Shown piece after piece: positions 19,575-29,457 of a stretch of DNA of 64,000 bases; within the stretch, counting starts at the first letter, position 1, and every line of letters begins with the position of its first letter. The stretch comes from Chloroflexota bacterium. GTDB taxonomy: Bacteria > Chloroflexota > UBA11872 > VXOZ01. The position numbers and the translations under genes were made by a program. The DNA lies in contig OZ219802.1 of assembly GCA_964291655.2 (NCBI GenBank), forward strand, positions 704,001 through 768,000, read 5' to 3'. The notes beneath the pieces were generated by a model. It was not told where the DNA came from and made no database searches. It worked only from the letters and a program-made list of their open reading frames with translations.

Positions 19575-20888
19575 TCACCCATTTGAATTACTCTCGCGCG
19601 CACCGGCGCCTTGCCTTCTCGATTGAGCACGGCTCGGCAGGCCAAAATACCATAAGAAGATTACAGCGCTAATGCCGGTCAGGACGGCGCTCGCCAAGAA
19701 GAAGCTCTGATAGCCGTAGATGCCTACCAGGTAGCCGCCGGCGAACCCCATGGTGCCCCAGCCAATTCCCGCCACCATATTGGCGACGCCGGCGGCTGTC
19801 TCCCGCCAGCGCGCGGGCACGACTTCCATCGTGTGGCGCAAGCTGCACGGGCGCTGAATGTACGTAAAACTGACCAGCCCGGCGTAGCCTACCGCCGCGC
19901 CGGCCCAATGTGGGATGAGCGCAAATGCCACGGTGCTCAGCGCCATGCCCAGGCTGGCCCACACGATTACCGGTTCAAGACCCCACCGCCGCGCGAGAAA
20001 GGGTGACATGAGTGCAGCAAAGCCGCCCACAAGCTGACCGACCGCGGCCAACATCCCGATCTGCGCCGTGGGCATCGCCAACATCTCATCTAGATAGACG
20101 TTGAAAAACGTGCGCTGGGCTCCCTCAGATGCGATGCGCAGCATGATGACCAATCCCATCATCGTAATGATGAGTACCGGCAGACCCGACGCGGACCTGC
20201 TCGTGCGCACCGGCGGCTCTGAGTCTTGGGCGTGTGACGCAGTCGCGGTAGTCTTGAAAAGCGCTACGACGCCGACGAGCAAGGCGACCGCCGCCACCAG
20301 CAACGCCAACGCGAAAGAGGCCGTGTCGGTGATGGGCAGCAGTCTCGCCAACGTCCCCGGCAGAAAGCCACCGACCAAAGCACCGACAAAAGCCGCGATA
20401 GGGCTCATGCCGACCCGCAGAGAATAAAGGTACATGCGTTCGCGGGGCGTGGTTGACTGCAACATGAACGGATTGCTGTTCACGAAATAGGCGTCGAGAC
20501 CCAGGGACGTGACGGTGAACGTGGCGGCAATCCACGCCACCTGCTGGGAGCCTTCCAGGAATTGCGCGGCGGGGAGCAAGCCCGTGCCCAAGGCGGCGAG
20601 CACGAACCCCACCTGCAACATGCGCCGCGTGCCATAGCGCGCCCCTAGAGCGCCCGCCGGTATGCTGAACACGGCATACGCTACAAAGCCCATGCCGTTG
20701 ACCAACCCGACGACCGTAGGTCCATACCCGAGGCGGAGCAGGTAGAGATTGAGGAGCACGGCATAGATGCCGAAGAAGGCGAACCCGAGGAGCAGCGCGC
20801 TGAGAATGAAGATCCGCACGTTGCGGTTGAAGAGCCGCAACGCCTGGAAATAGCCGGTCACCGCCATCGCGTCTTGGGTCGTCTGCAC
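19575..20888 (-). CDS. MFS transporter
   Basis: About 12 TM segments; GALGARYGTRR motif A; start probably GTG 20888 or ATG 20867. Confidence 0.85.
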   Translation of the reverse strand: MQTTQDAMAVTGYFQALRLFNRNVRIFILSALLLGFAFFGIYAVLLNLYLLRLGYGPTVVGLVNGMGFVAYAVFSIPAGALGARYGTRRMLQVGFVLAALGTGLLPAAQFLEGSQQVAWIAATFTVTSLGLDAYFVNSNPFMLQSTTPRERMYLYSLRVGMSPIAAFVGALVGGFLPGTLARLLPITDTASFALALLVAAVALLVGVVALFKTTATASHAQDSEPPVRTSRSASGLPVLIITMMGLVIMLRIASEGAQRTFFNVYLDEMLAMPTAQIGMLAAVGQLVGGFAALMSPFLARRWGLEPVIVWASLGMALSTVAFALIPHWAGAAVGYAGLVSFTYIQRPCSLRHTMEVVPARWRETAAGVANMVAGIGWGTMGFAGGYLVGIYGYQSFFLASAVLTGISAVIFLWYFGLPSRAQSRRQGAGARESNSNG

Positions 20889-21082
20889 GGGGCGCTTGCC
20901 TTCTACAAAACGAAATCGCGCCGCGTGGAACGGCGCGCGTGTACTGCTGTAGGCAGAGGGTATCGTACCACGCCCGCAGCACCCCCGCTGTGAGGGCCGC
21001 AGACGACCAGCCACGGCGGGTCAGTCACATACAAACAAGCCGCCGGCAACGCACGGAGAATGGCTTACGAGGACGGCCTCCG

Positions 21083-21105
21083 GTAGCGCAGGATTGTAAC
21101 CTGCG
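21083..21105 (+). repeat. GTAG-type REP palindrome
   Basis: gtagcgcaggattgtaacctgcg. Confidence 0.7.
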
Positions 21106-21239
21106 TCCCCCGCCACAAGCCGTAAAGCCAGTATCACAACACTCGAATAAAAGTGGCGAGGAAACCAACCGGCGCGCGGGTAGCCATGCGCAACCGCCGC
21201 GCCCTGCCGGCCGCGTACGGAGAGCACAGGGCCGACCCT

Positions 21240-22010
21240 TTACAGCGACGCCATCACCTTCTTGATGTGGGCCGCCGCATTCGATACGCACTCCACGGTG
21301 TTGCAGTGCTCGATGTGCATGGCGACGTCGAGGCCCCGGTCGAGCATCGCGCGGAAGATCTCGGCATACGGCACCTCGCCCTCACCCACCGGACGTTCTT
21401 CCTTCGCGTCGGCATGGTAGACGGCGTCTTTCACGTGGCCGTTGATGATGCGGTCGGCGTAACGCTCGATAACCAACAGCGGATCGCTGCCGACGACGTA
21501 GTAGTTGGTGGGATCGTAGTTCAGCCAGAAGTTCGGATGGTCGACCAGTTCCATCAGCCGCTCGACCCGCTCCAGCGTGTGCACGAAACACGGCGGATCG
21601 GCCTCCAGCGCAAAGCGAACACCGCGCTCCGCAGACCGCTCGCAGACCGCACGCGTGATGTCCGCGCACGCCTCCCACGTATCGGCCTGGGGCACGCCCG
21701 GCGCCGGCGACATGACGCGGGTGAAGAAGATGTCCACGTCCAACACCTCGCACGCGTCGAGCGCGAAGTCGAGCTGTTCCAGGATCTCTTCCCGGAGAGT
21801 CGGGTCGCAAAGGCCCATTGCGCCACCCATGGATGTCACTTCTACACCCAATTCGGCGCACGCCTCGTTCAGTTCATCGCAGTCCGCCAACGACGCAAAC
21901 TCCGTCCGCGCCACCTCAATGGCAGGCAACTCCAAGTCTGCCGCAAGCTGCGCCTTCTGTCGGAACGAAAGCCCCCGCAACCCCGGCGTGCGGTATCCAA
22001 AGCGAATCAT
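21240..22010 (-). CDS. Sugar phosphate isomerase/epimerase (xylose isomerase-like TIM barrel)
   Basis: FALE, NYDPTN, HVKD, PVGEGEVPY, IEH motifs; aaggaa RBS. Confidence 0.88.
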   Translation of the reverse strand: MIRFGYRTPGLRGLSFRQKAQLAADLELPAIEVARTEFASLADCDELNEACAELGVEVTSMGGAMGLCDPTLREEILEQLDFALDACEVLDVDIFFTRVMSPAPGVPQADTWEACADITRAVCERSAERGVRFALEADPPCFVHTLERVERLMELVDHPNFWLNYDPTNYYVVGSDPLLVIERYADRIINGHVKDAVYHADAKEERPVGEGEVPYAEIFRAMLDRGLDVAMHIEHCNTVECVSNAAAHIKKVMASL

Positions 22011-22112
22011 TGAATTCCTTTCACTTGCATCTACACAGTTGAAAAAGAGCGGGAAATGTGTAAATTCGCCACGCGACAATCGACTCCACCATGCACGATC
22101 ACTTCAGCAATC

Positions 22113-24467
22113 CTATGGCGCACTATCAGAAAATCCCGGCTGACTTAGTGCATACACGTACCCACTTTCCGCGTTCACGTAGACCACACCTTCTATTTCG
22201 ACTGGCGCAGAAGCCGCACCTCTTCCCACTGAATAGTGCCACTGCACTTTGCCGCTCAAGGCATCCAGCGCGTACACGAAGCCATCTGACGATGTCACAT
22301 ATGCCACGCCTCCCCGTACAGTTGGGGAATGTGTTACCGTACCGTCCGTGAGAAAGCACCAGCGCGGTTCCCCAGTGACGGCATCCAAAGCATGCACGAG
22401 CGCATCATCAGCGCCAAGATAGACCAAGCCGTCAGCTATCGTCGGAGAAGACACCACGATGGGGATCGAGGGCCAATGTGCCAGGCCCCCTGCAGATCGC
22501 CCACTCGCGCTGTTGTCGCCCGGCGCGCATGCAGACCGCCAGCGCAGATTTCCGGTCTCGGCCTCTAGAGCATAAATGGAGACCTCGCTTATGCCCCAGC
22601 CTGCTATCAGCGCCGAGCCGACGTACACACTGTCACCAGACGCCGCCGGAGCAGCGTACATGATGTCCTCCATCTGGTAACTCCAGCGCAATTCTCCACT
22701 CGCGGCGTCCAAAGCAAAAATGCGGCCGTCGCCAGCGCCAAAGTACACGGAATTCCCGCTCAGCGCGGGAGCGGCATACACTTGGGACTCCTGAAAGTAA
22801 CCTGCGTCGTAGTGCCAGATTGACTCCCCAGTCGCGACGTCCAACGCGTAGAGATTCGCTTTGGCGCCTTCATCCCAGTTAATTGAGGAAACATAGACCA
22901 ATTCGTTGTCCACAGCGGGGACCGACACGGCGCCACCAACGTCATGGCGCCACAAGACTTCGCCGGTTAGTGCCTCAAGCGCATACACATGGCCATCGTC
23001 TGAGCCAATGTAGACGACGCCGTTTACCGCTTCTTGCAGGACGCGGACATTTCCATCCGCCTTGAAGCGCCAGAATGCCTCCCCGGTCGCAGGATCCAGC
23101 GCGTACGCAATGCCTTGGGGCGAACCAAGATAAAGCAAGCGAGAGTTTTCCGGCGGCGTGGCAGACAATTCGTTACCGGTCTTAAAACGCCAGCGCTCCT
23201 CCCCGGTAACAGCCTCCAGTGCAAAGACTAAGGAATCTCCTGGATCGAAAAGACTCACCGAGGTGAAATAGACCGCGCCAGCAACCACCGTCGGAGCATC
23301 AAGTACATACTCATCTACCCGGACTTGCCATAATGCCTTACCTGTCGAGACGTCTATAGCATGTACGAAAGCACTCCCATCCTCATAATCCACGCTTGTT
23401 CCCATGTAGACGACACCTTCTGTCAGCGAAAACCTTCTAACCGTGCCGCCCGTCCGGTTGCGCCACAGCAGCTCTCCGGTTTTCGCATTCAGCGCGTCCA
23501 CCGACGCCTCGCCTTCATCTTTCGATTCCACAAAAACTAGGCCGTCAAGGAACGCTGGAGGGCTCGAGTGGGATTCACCAGTACGATGCCGCCAGCGCGC
23601 TTCACCGGTGGCTGGGTCAAGACTGTAAAGAACTCCGCCGAACGATGCCACATATAGACTGTAGTCTCCCACAGCCAGAGAAGTGAATAGACCTTCGGCC
23701 ATCCTTAAGCTCCAGCGACGCTGCCCGGTGTCTGCGTCTAGGGCTGTCACGTGATCGTAGAGAGAGTTAACGAATATCAAGTCGTTTGCCACCTGCGGTG
23801 CAAATATCCTTCCAGCAAAGTTGTACCGCCATATCAAACTACCTGTGCGAGAGTCCAGCGCGTCTACAAAATGATCATCTGAGCCATCATACGACGTGAC
23901 ATAGAGGTAGACCTTCCCATCGTCAACTAGCGGAGAGTTTCCTCTATAGCCGTCAGCCTGGTAGCGCCACTGCAATTCCCCGGTCGCAGCATTCAAGGCG
24001 TACACGTGGCCGTCAGCAGAGCCTGCGTAAACGACGCCATCCACCACTCTCAAAGCAGCTCCAGCGGAGCCGCCTGTCTGATAGACCCAGCGCAATTCCC
24101 CGGTTGTGGCATCCAATGCGTACAGGTGATGATCCCAGGAGCCAAAGTAGACCAGTCCCTCACGCGCTACCGGAGATGCAATTGGTCCACGCGCGCGGAA
24201 GCGCCAGAGCACCTCGCCCCTAGCTATGTCCAGCGCATAGAAGTAGCCATCGCGGGCGCCGAAGTAGGCTACGCCATTGCTTATTGTCGGTGACGCCGTT
24301 GCCCCACCACCCATCTGATGGAACCAGAGCAGTTCCCCAGTTTCCCATGGTCTTGGAAAGGGCGTCGGCGCGACGGGCGCAGGTCCAAGACTTGCGCAAG
24401 AACTCAATATTGCTACAGCAGCGGCCAATGCCAGCAGCACTACAGCCCAGATTGCAGGCTTACGCAT
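22113..24467 (-). CDS. PQQ-like beta-propeller repeat lipoprotein (BamB-like)
   Basis: Many repeats of the type VYxGSxDGxVYALDAxTGExxWxY; ILSSC lipobox followed by a PVAPTP linker. Confidence 0.9.
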   Translation of the reverse strand: MRKPAIWAVVLLALAAAVAILSSCASLGPAPVAPTPFPRPWETGELLWFHQMGGGATASPTISNGVAYFGARDGYFYALDIARGEVLWRFRARGPIASPVAREGLVYFGSWDHHLYALDATTGELRWVYQTGGSAGAALRVVDGVVYAGSADGHVYALNAATGELQWRYQADGYRGNSPLVDDGKVYLYVTSYDGSDDHFVDALDSRTGSLIWRYNFAGRIFAPQVANDLIFVNSLYDHVTALDADTGQRRWSLRMAEGLFTSLAVGDYSLYVASFGGVLYSLDPATGEARWRHRTGESHSSPPAFLDGLVFVESKDEGEASVDALNAKTGELLWRNRTGGTVRRFSLTEGVVYMGTSVDYEDGSAFVHAIDVSTGKALWQVRVDEYVLDAPTVVAGAVYFTSVSLFDPGDSLVFALEAVTGEERWRFKTGNELSATPPENSRLLYLGSPQGIAYALDPATGEAFWRFKADGNVRVLQEAVNGVVYIGSDDGHVYALEALTGEVLWRHDVGGAVSVPAVDNELVYVSSINWDEGAKANLYALDVATGESIWHYDAGYFQESQVYAAPALSGNSVYFGAGDGRIFALDAASGELRWSYQMEDIMYAAPAASGDSVYVGSALIAGWGISEVSIYALEAETGNLRWRSACAPGDNSASGRSAGGLAHWPSIPIVVSSPTIADGLVYLGADDALVHALDAVTGEPRWCFLTDGTVTHSPTVRGGVAYVTSSDGFVYALDALSGKVQWHYSVGRGAASAPVEIEGVVYVNAESGYVYALSQPGFSDSAP

Positions 24468-24551
24468 AGAATCCACTCCCAACTATCTCTACATCGCCGC
24501 GAAAGTTGACTCTATTCGTCAGAAGTACCGATAGCTTTCGTATTGAACTCC

Positions 24552-25394
24552 CTAGTCGTCATCTCTCGGCGCTACTGCTTGAGGGCCCCAGTTGCCGTAG
24601 ACCTCGATGGTCTGGTTTTCCAGCTTGGGGCGCACGCTGCGCACCATGATGCCGGGGCGGCCCATGGCCTGGCCGCTCACCTGGAGGTTGCGGGGGTTGC
24701 GGTAGCCGAAGCGCACCACGCGCCGCCAGCGGGGCTGCTCGTTGAGGGCAGAGCCGTGGATGGTCCAGATGCTGAAGAGCACTACGTCGCCCGGGTCCGC
24801 CGGCACGGAAACGGCGTCTTGCAGGCGGTACACGTTCTGATCGAGGTGTGGCGAGCCCTCGCGGCTGTGCTCCAGCGGCCCCAGCTTGTGGCTGCCTTCC
24901 AGGAACTTCAAGCAGCCGCTGGTCTCGTCGGCGCCGTCCACGTGCACGATTGCGTCGAGGTAGCGGCCGTCCTGGTGGGGATAGAATGGGAAGTCCTGGT
25001 GCATGGGAAACGGCGTGCCGGTGTCCGGGCCTTTGGCGTGGAGCGTGCTGTGGTGGAATTCCAGGTCCGGCCCGATGATGTCGGCGATGGACTGCACCAA
25101 CCGCTCCTGCACGAACGCCCGCGCCCAGGCCTCGCTGTAGCTCTGCAGCTCGTGGATGGTCACCAAGAGGCTCTTGTCATCCGCGTCCTTTTCCATCAAT
25201 TGCTTGCGCCACGGGCCGCTCCAGCCTTTGCCGTGGGTGGCAAAGTACTGGATGATGTGGTCGAGCTCCTCGCTGAGCGCCCCGACTTCGTCCGGACTGA
25301 AGACCTGCTTCAGCCGCAGGTAGCCGTGTTCGTTAAAGAATTCCACGTCGTCAACGGAAAGTTTTCCTGATTCTGCAACGGCAACACTCATCAC
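24552..25394 (-). CDS. Phytanoyl-CoA dioxygenase (PhyH) family Fe(II)/2OG dioxygenase
   Basis: FFNEHGYL, MHQDF, SGCL..LEGSHK, PGDVVLF..TIHGS..N..RR. Confidence 0.9.
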   Translation of the reverse strand: MMSVAVAESGKLSVDDVEFFNEHGYLRLKQVFSPDEVGALSEELDHIIQYFATHGKGWSGPWRKQLMEKDADDKSLLVTIHELQSYSEAWARAFVQERLVQSIADIIGPDLEFHHSTLHAKGPDTGTPFPMHQDFPFYPHQDGRYLDAIVHVDGADETSGCLKFLEGSHKLGPLEHSREGSPHLDQNVYRLQDAVSVPADPGDVVLFSIWTIHGSALNEQPRWRRVVRFGYRNPRNLQVSGQAMGRPGIMVRSVRPKLENQTIEVYGNWGPQAVAPRDDD

Positions 25395-25870
25395 TTCAGA
25401 CTCCCCTCGGTTAGACTGATTTGAATACGAAAGGAACGAATCGCGTCTGTCGAAACGTGCTAGTTGTTATGCTGCTGCGGCGCCAATCTCTTGTCAAGGC
25501 GCGCAAGCATTCAATCACAAATTGCGTGGGCAATACACAACTCGAATTGTACCTGCAGGCCAACAATTGACAAATAAGCGCAGCCGCTTCAATATAGAGC
25601 GCGAGAAGCGCAAATCCACATCCGGCCTGCCTTCCGTGCAACCGGTGTCGCCTCTGCGCTGCTCCCTGATAGGGGCCGGCTTTCCGGCACATGTGGAGAG
25701 CGTTCAGTTCTGTCTTCTATCGCAGTGCCAGGTTGGCAAAGAAGACATTCCTGCCACCAGGCGGGGCGCAAGTTCCCGCTTTTCGGTCGCACGTCGTTTT
25801 CTATGTTCTCGTGGAGCAATCGCAGCGCGACATTAACGGTTCCCGGAGTTAGGACGAAGAAGGATCTGCC

Positions 25871-26455
25871 ATGCTTGCCGACCGCATGTTCCGTGCCGCC
25901 ATGCTCGATCCGCTGGTGTTCGACGAGATCAAAGAAGACCGCAATGCAATGACCCAAGCAGTGCAGGTCGTTATCATCGTTGGTGTTATCGGCGTCATCA
26001 GCAGTCTCGTGCAGTTGCTCAATACCCCGGCGGAGTCTGGGGTAGAGGTTAGTGTTTCCACCAACATAGCGACATCTGTTGCCACTGCAGTCCTTGGCTG
26101 GCTGCTGTGGGCGTTCCTTGCCTACCTGCTGGGAACCGGTGTCTTTGGCGGCACAGCCAGCTACCTGCAAATGCTCCGCGCGATCGGTTTTGCCCAATCG
26201 CCGTCGGTCATTTCCATACTCTCCGTGCCATTGGTCTTCATTCCAACTGCCGGGGCAGTCCTGGGCGGACTCTTGGGTCTTGCGGCGGCACTTTGGGTCC
26301 TCATAGTAGACGTCATCGCAACGCGGCAGACCCTGGGGATTAGTACCGGCAAGGCAACGATCATTACGGTTATCATTGCAGTCGCCATGATCGTAATATT
26401 CTTAGCCGTATCGTTTGCGCTCTTTCCCGAGAACTTCCAAATCGATAACGTGTGA
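25871..26455 (+). CDS. Yip1 family membrane protein (paralog 1)
   Basis: RMFRAAMLDPLVFDEI, LRAIGFAQSP, about 5 TM segments. Confidence 0.8.
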   Translation: MLADRMFRAAMLDPLVFDEIKEDRNAMTQAVQVVIIVGVIGVISSLVQLLNTPAESGVEVSVSTNIATSVATAVLGWLLWAFLAYLLGTGVFGGTASYLQMLRAIGFAQSPSVISILSVPLVFIPTAGAVLGGLLGLAAALWVLIVDVIATRQTLGISTGKATIITVIIAVAMIVIFLAVSFALFPENFQIDNV

Positions 26456-26706
26456 AGGAACTTGCGTAGCGCTCAATTGACGACAATGGGCGGCGCGCGA
26501 CCGGCGAAGGTTGCAGCCAGGAGACTCTTGCACGGCATTGTTCCATGACCGGGGAGGAAATCGGCTAGGATTCAATAATTCGCATACCAAGCTTGCAGGT
26601 TCTAATGCAATATGCTAGAATTTGGCAATAACTGGAGTTTTGATTTCCAGTTCTGGGTGGTGGAGCAGTCATATTCGTCCGAGAAGCACAAAGAAAGGAA
26701 GAAGCC

Positions 26707-27264
26707 ATGCTCGTTAACCGCATGATTCGAGCTGCTATGCTCGATCCTCGGCTGTATGAGGAGGTGGAGCACGACCGTAACGCTACCAGTCAAGCTGTGC
26801 AAGTGGTACTCATCGTCGCTCTTGCCAGCGGTATCGGTGGCGCGTTATGGAAACTCCTAACCTTGAATCCAATCGATGCCGTATCGGGCCTCGTGGGCGG
26901 CATTCTTGTCGCAGTACTCGGCTGGCTGACCTGGGCGCTCGTTACCTACATCATTGGCGCCAAATTGCTTGGCGGCACGGCCACATACGGGGAGATGCTG
27001 CGCACGCTCGGCTTTGCCCAGTCGCCAAACGTGCTCCTAGTCTTCATGGGCGTGCTGGGAGCAATCCCCTTGATCGGCGGCCTGCTGCGGCTCGCCCTGC
27101 TTATCTGGGTGCTCCTCGCCGGCCTCATCGCTATCCGTCAGGCGCTCGACGTGGGAACCGGCAAGGCTATCCTAACGGCAATCATCGGTTGGGTTGTGAT
27201 GACAATCATAGTCGCCATAGTAGCTTCTGTGTTTGGCATCGGCGTTCCAGCTCCAACAGCGTAG
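26707..27264 (+). CDS. Yip1 family membrane protein (paralog 2)
   Basis: RMIRAAMLDPRLYEEV, LRTLGFAQSP, AIRQALD; clearly similar to 25871-26455. Confidence 0.82.
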   Translation: MLVNRMIRAAMLDPRLYEEVEHDRNATSQAVQVVLIVALASGIGGALWKLLTLNPIDAVSGLVGGILVAVLGWLTWALVTYIIGAKLLGGTATYGEMLRTLGFAQSPNVLLVFMGVLGAIPLIGGLLRLALLIWVLLAGLIAIRQALDVGTGKAILTAIIGWVVMTIIVAIVASVFGIGVPAPTA

Positions 27265-27410
27265 CAGTTTGGCGGCGTCTTCATAGTCTCAGAGTCGTGA
27301 CTGGCTAGATGCGGTAAAGCGTAGAGCCTGGCTGTTTCGGGCCAATTCCCTGAGTAATTTACACTTGAGCCGGATACAGCAATAGAATCTGTGGGTAGTC
27401 GCTAGAGTCA

Positions 27411-27803
27411 ATGAGTTCTCTTCCGTTCCATTTCCCTGAAGTCTATGAGGGGTTTGCGGAAGCCGAAGGCCTCTTGGTCCTCACTTCCAATGCCATAGTG
27501 CTCGAGTATCAGATTAAGGACGTCTTTACCGGCGCTTTCAAATCAGATTTAAAGAAGGTCGTTCTGCCCTTCGAGCAGATTGATGACGTAGAGTTCCGGA
27601 CAAACTTCCTGAGAACAGACATCGCTATCCAGATGAATAGTATGGAGCTCGTGGAGGATGTTCCCAACGCCAAACAGGGCAGAGTCCGGTTGAAGATTCC
27701 TCGTAAGTACCGCAGGGAAGCGGCTGCCCTCGCTCACGAAATTTCCATCACCGTATCTGATCGCAAGATTGAAAAGCTCGAACGTAATTTAGGCGGCGAG
27801 TGA
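27411..27803 (+). CDS. Hypothetical protein (possibly PH-like fold)
   Basis: 130-aa ORF with beta-rich pattern GLLVLT..IVLEYQ and a C-terminal helix. Confidence 0.65.
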   Translation: MSSLPFHFPEVYEGFAEAEGLLVLTSNAIVLEYQIKDVFTGAFKSDLKKVVLPFEQIDDVEFRTNFLRTDIAIQMNSMELVEDVPNAKQGRVRLKIPRKYRREAAALAHEISITVSDRKIEKLERNLGGE

Positions 27804-27890
27804 CCGTAAGACTGCTCCGATAGCCCCGTCTGCACGGCTCGGTACATAGGCTGTGAGTGGGATTCCAAAGCGATCACTTGCAGATTCAGC

Positions 27891-28670
27891 CTATAGACCG
27901 ATGATGTGGTAGCCCGCGTCCACGTGGATGGTCTCGCCCGTCACGCCGGACGAGAGTGAGGAGGCCAGGTAGAGAGCGGTATCACCCACTTCCGCTTGGG
28001 TGATGTTGCGGCGCAGAGGCGTACGCTCCGGCAGATCGAGCAGGAAGTTGCGCCCGCCGGGTATGCCTGCCAAAGAGAGGGTGCGCATGGCGCCGGCGGA
28101 GATGGCGTTTACCCGAATGTTATGGGGTCCGAGATTCTCGGCCAGGTAGCGCATGTTGGCATCCAGCGTGGCCTTGGCCGGGCCCATGAGCTTATAGCCC
28201 GCCACCACGCGTTCACCGCCCAGATACGTCAAAGCCATAATGCTGCCGCCTCCGGCCTTCTGCATGAGCGGCAGTGCCGCCCGCGAAAGCGTAATCAATG
28301 AGTGTGCGCTGATTTCTATCGCCTGCAGAAAACCGTCCCGCGACGTATCCACAAACTCTTTCGCGAATTCTTCCCGATTGGCGAATGCGAGGCTATGCAC
28401 CAAGATGTCCACCTTGCCGAACTCTTGCTCCACAAGGGAAAACAGTGATTCAACCTCTTCAGGATGCGTCACGTCGCAGGGCGCCACCAACGGGTTGTCA
28501 AGTGTAGCGGCGAGGTCCTGCACGCGCGTGGCCAAACGTTCCACCTGGTAATTCAAGGCAATGCGCGCCCCGGCGCCGGCCAGCGCCTGCACGATGGCCC
28601 AGGCCGCGCTCTCCTTATTGGCTACTCCCATGACAAGTGCATGCTTGCCGCGCAAGTCTATCGTGTACAT
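27891..28670 (-). CDS. fabI: Enoyl-ACP reductase FabI
   Basis: LVMGVAN, VHSLAFA, TYLGGERV..YKLMGPAKA, RVNAISAG, TGETIHVDAG. Confidence 0.92.
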   Translation of the reverse strand: MYTIDLRGKHALVMGVANKESAAWAIVQALAGAGARIALNYQVERLATRVQDLAATLDNPLVAPCDVTHPEEVESLFSLVEQEFGKVDILVHSLAFANREEFAKEFVDTSRDGFLQAIEISAHSLITLSRAALPLMQKAGGGSIMALTYLGGERVVAGYKLMGPAKATLDANMRYLAENLGPHNIRVNAISAGAMRTLSLAGIPGGRNFLLDLPERTPLRRNITQAEVGDTALYLASSLSSGVTGETIHVDAGYHIIGL

Positions 28671-28938
28671 TCCATTACTCCCTAAAGTGAAGCTCTCATT
28701 GCCATCTGCTCGATTCCAAGGCCGCCTCACAGTTCATCTGCGAACAATACCTAATCGCCTTGGCCGACCTTGCCTCTTTCACTATTAACTAATCATCGGC
28801 CGGACTTTATGATACCGCAATGCAGCCCTCGGTACGCGGGATACGCTATGCCACCGACCGCTACCTGGCCTTTGTGTTGACAGAGTGGCAGAGCCGCTTC
28901 GACAATGAAGTGAAGTGGTCGCAAGAAAGGATGAGAGC

Positions 28939-29226
28939 ATGGATACGGAGAATTGGCTGCCTGCCGTCGAAGAGGTGCTTGACACTGCCACGCAGTGGCT
29001 GCGGAGCATTGGACCGGCGGAGTTGGATCAAGTTCCCGACTGGGGCATTTGGGTCATCCTCGCGATTGGCGTCCTGGTGGTCTTCTCGATCATCTCGCAC
29101 ATAGTAAGCGCCCTGCTGCGACCGATCGTGAGACTAGTGCAGATACTCGCCTTTCTCGCCATAGCCGCCGCCGCGGGAGTATATATCCTGCGGGAACTTG
29201 GCTACGTGAACATTGGGATTGGCTAA
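28939..29226 (+). CDS. Small hypothetical membrane protein
   Basis: Acidic N-terminus and two TM segments; RBS aggatgag. Confidence 0.6.
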   Translation: MDTENWLPAVEEVLDTATQWLRSIGPAELDQVPDWGIWVILAIGVLVVFSIISHIVSALLRPIVRLVQILAFLAIAAAAGVYILRELGYVNIGIG

Positions 29227-29457
29227 CCAAATCTGGAAAGTGCAGTCTGCAGCCACGTCATAAGCCTTGTACTTGATAGATCCGTAGTGAGCGCCTGTAC
29301 AGCCGCTCTAGGGCAGCGGAGACTTGATGCTCCCGTAGCGGCTCTTTAGACTGCGCGCTGTCCAGCACGAGTGCCAGGATAATCTGATGGCGCACAGGTC
29401 TTTTCCACCGGTGAACTGCAAGCAGAACACAATCATCGTGAGCGATGGGAGAAAAGC

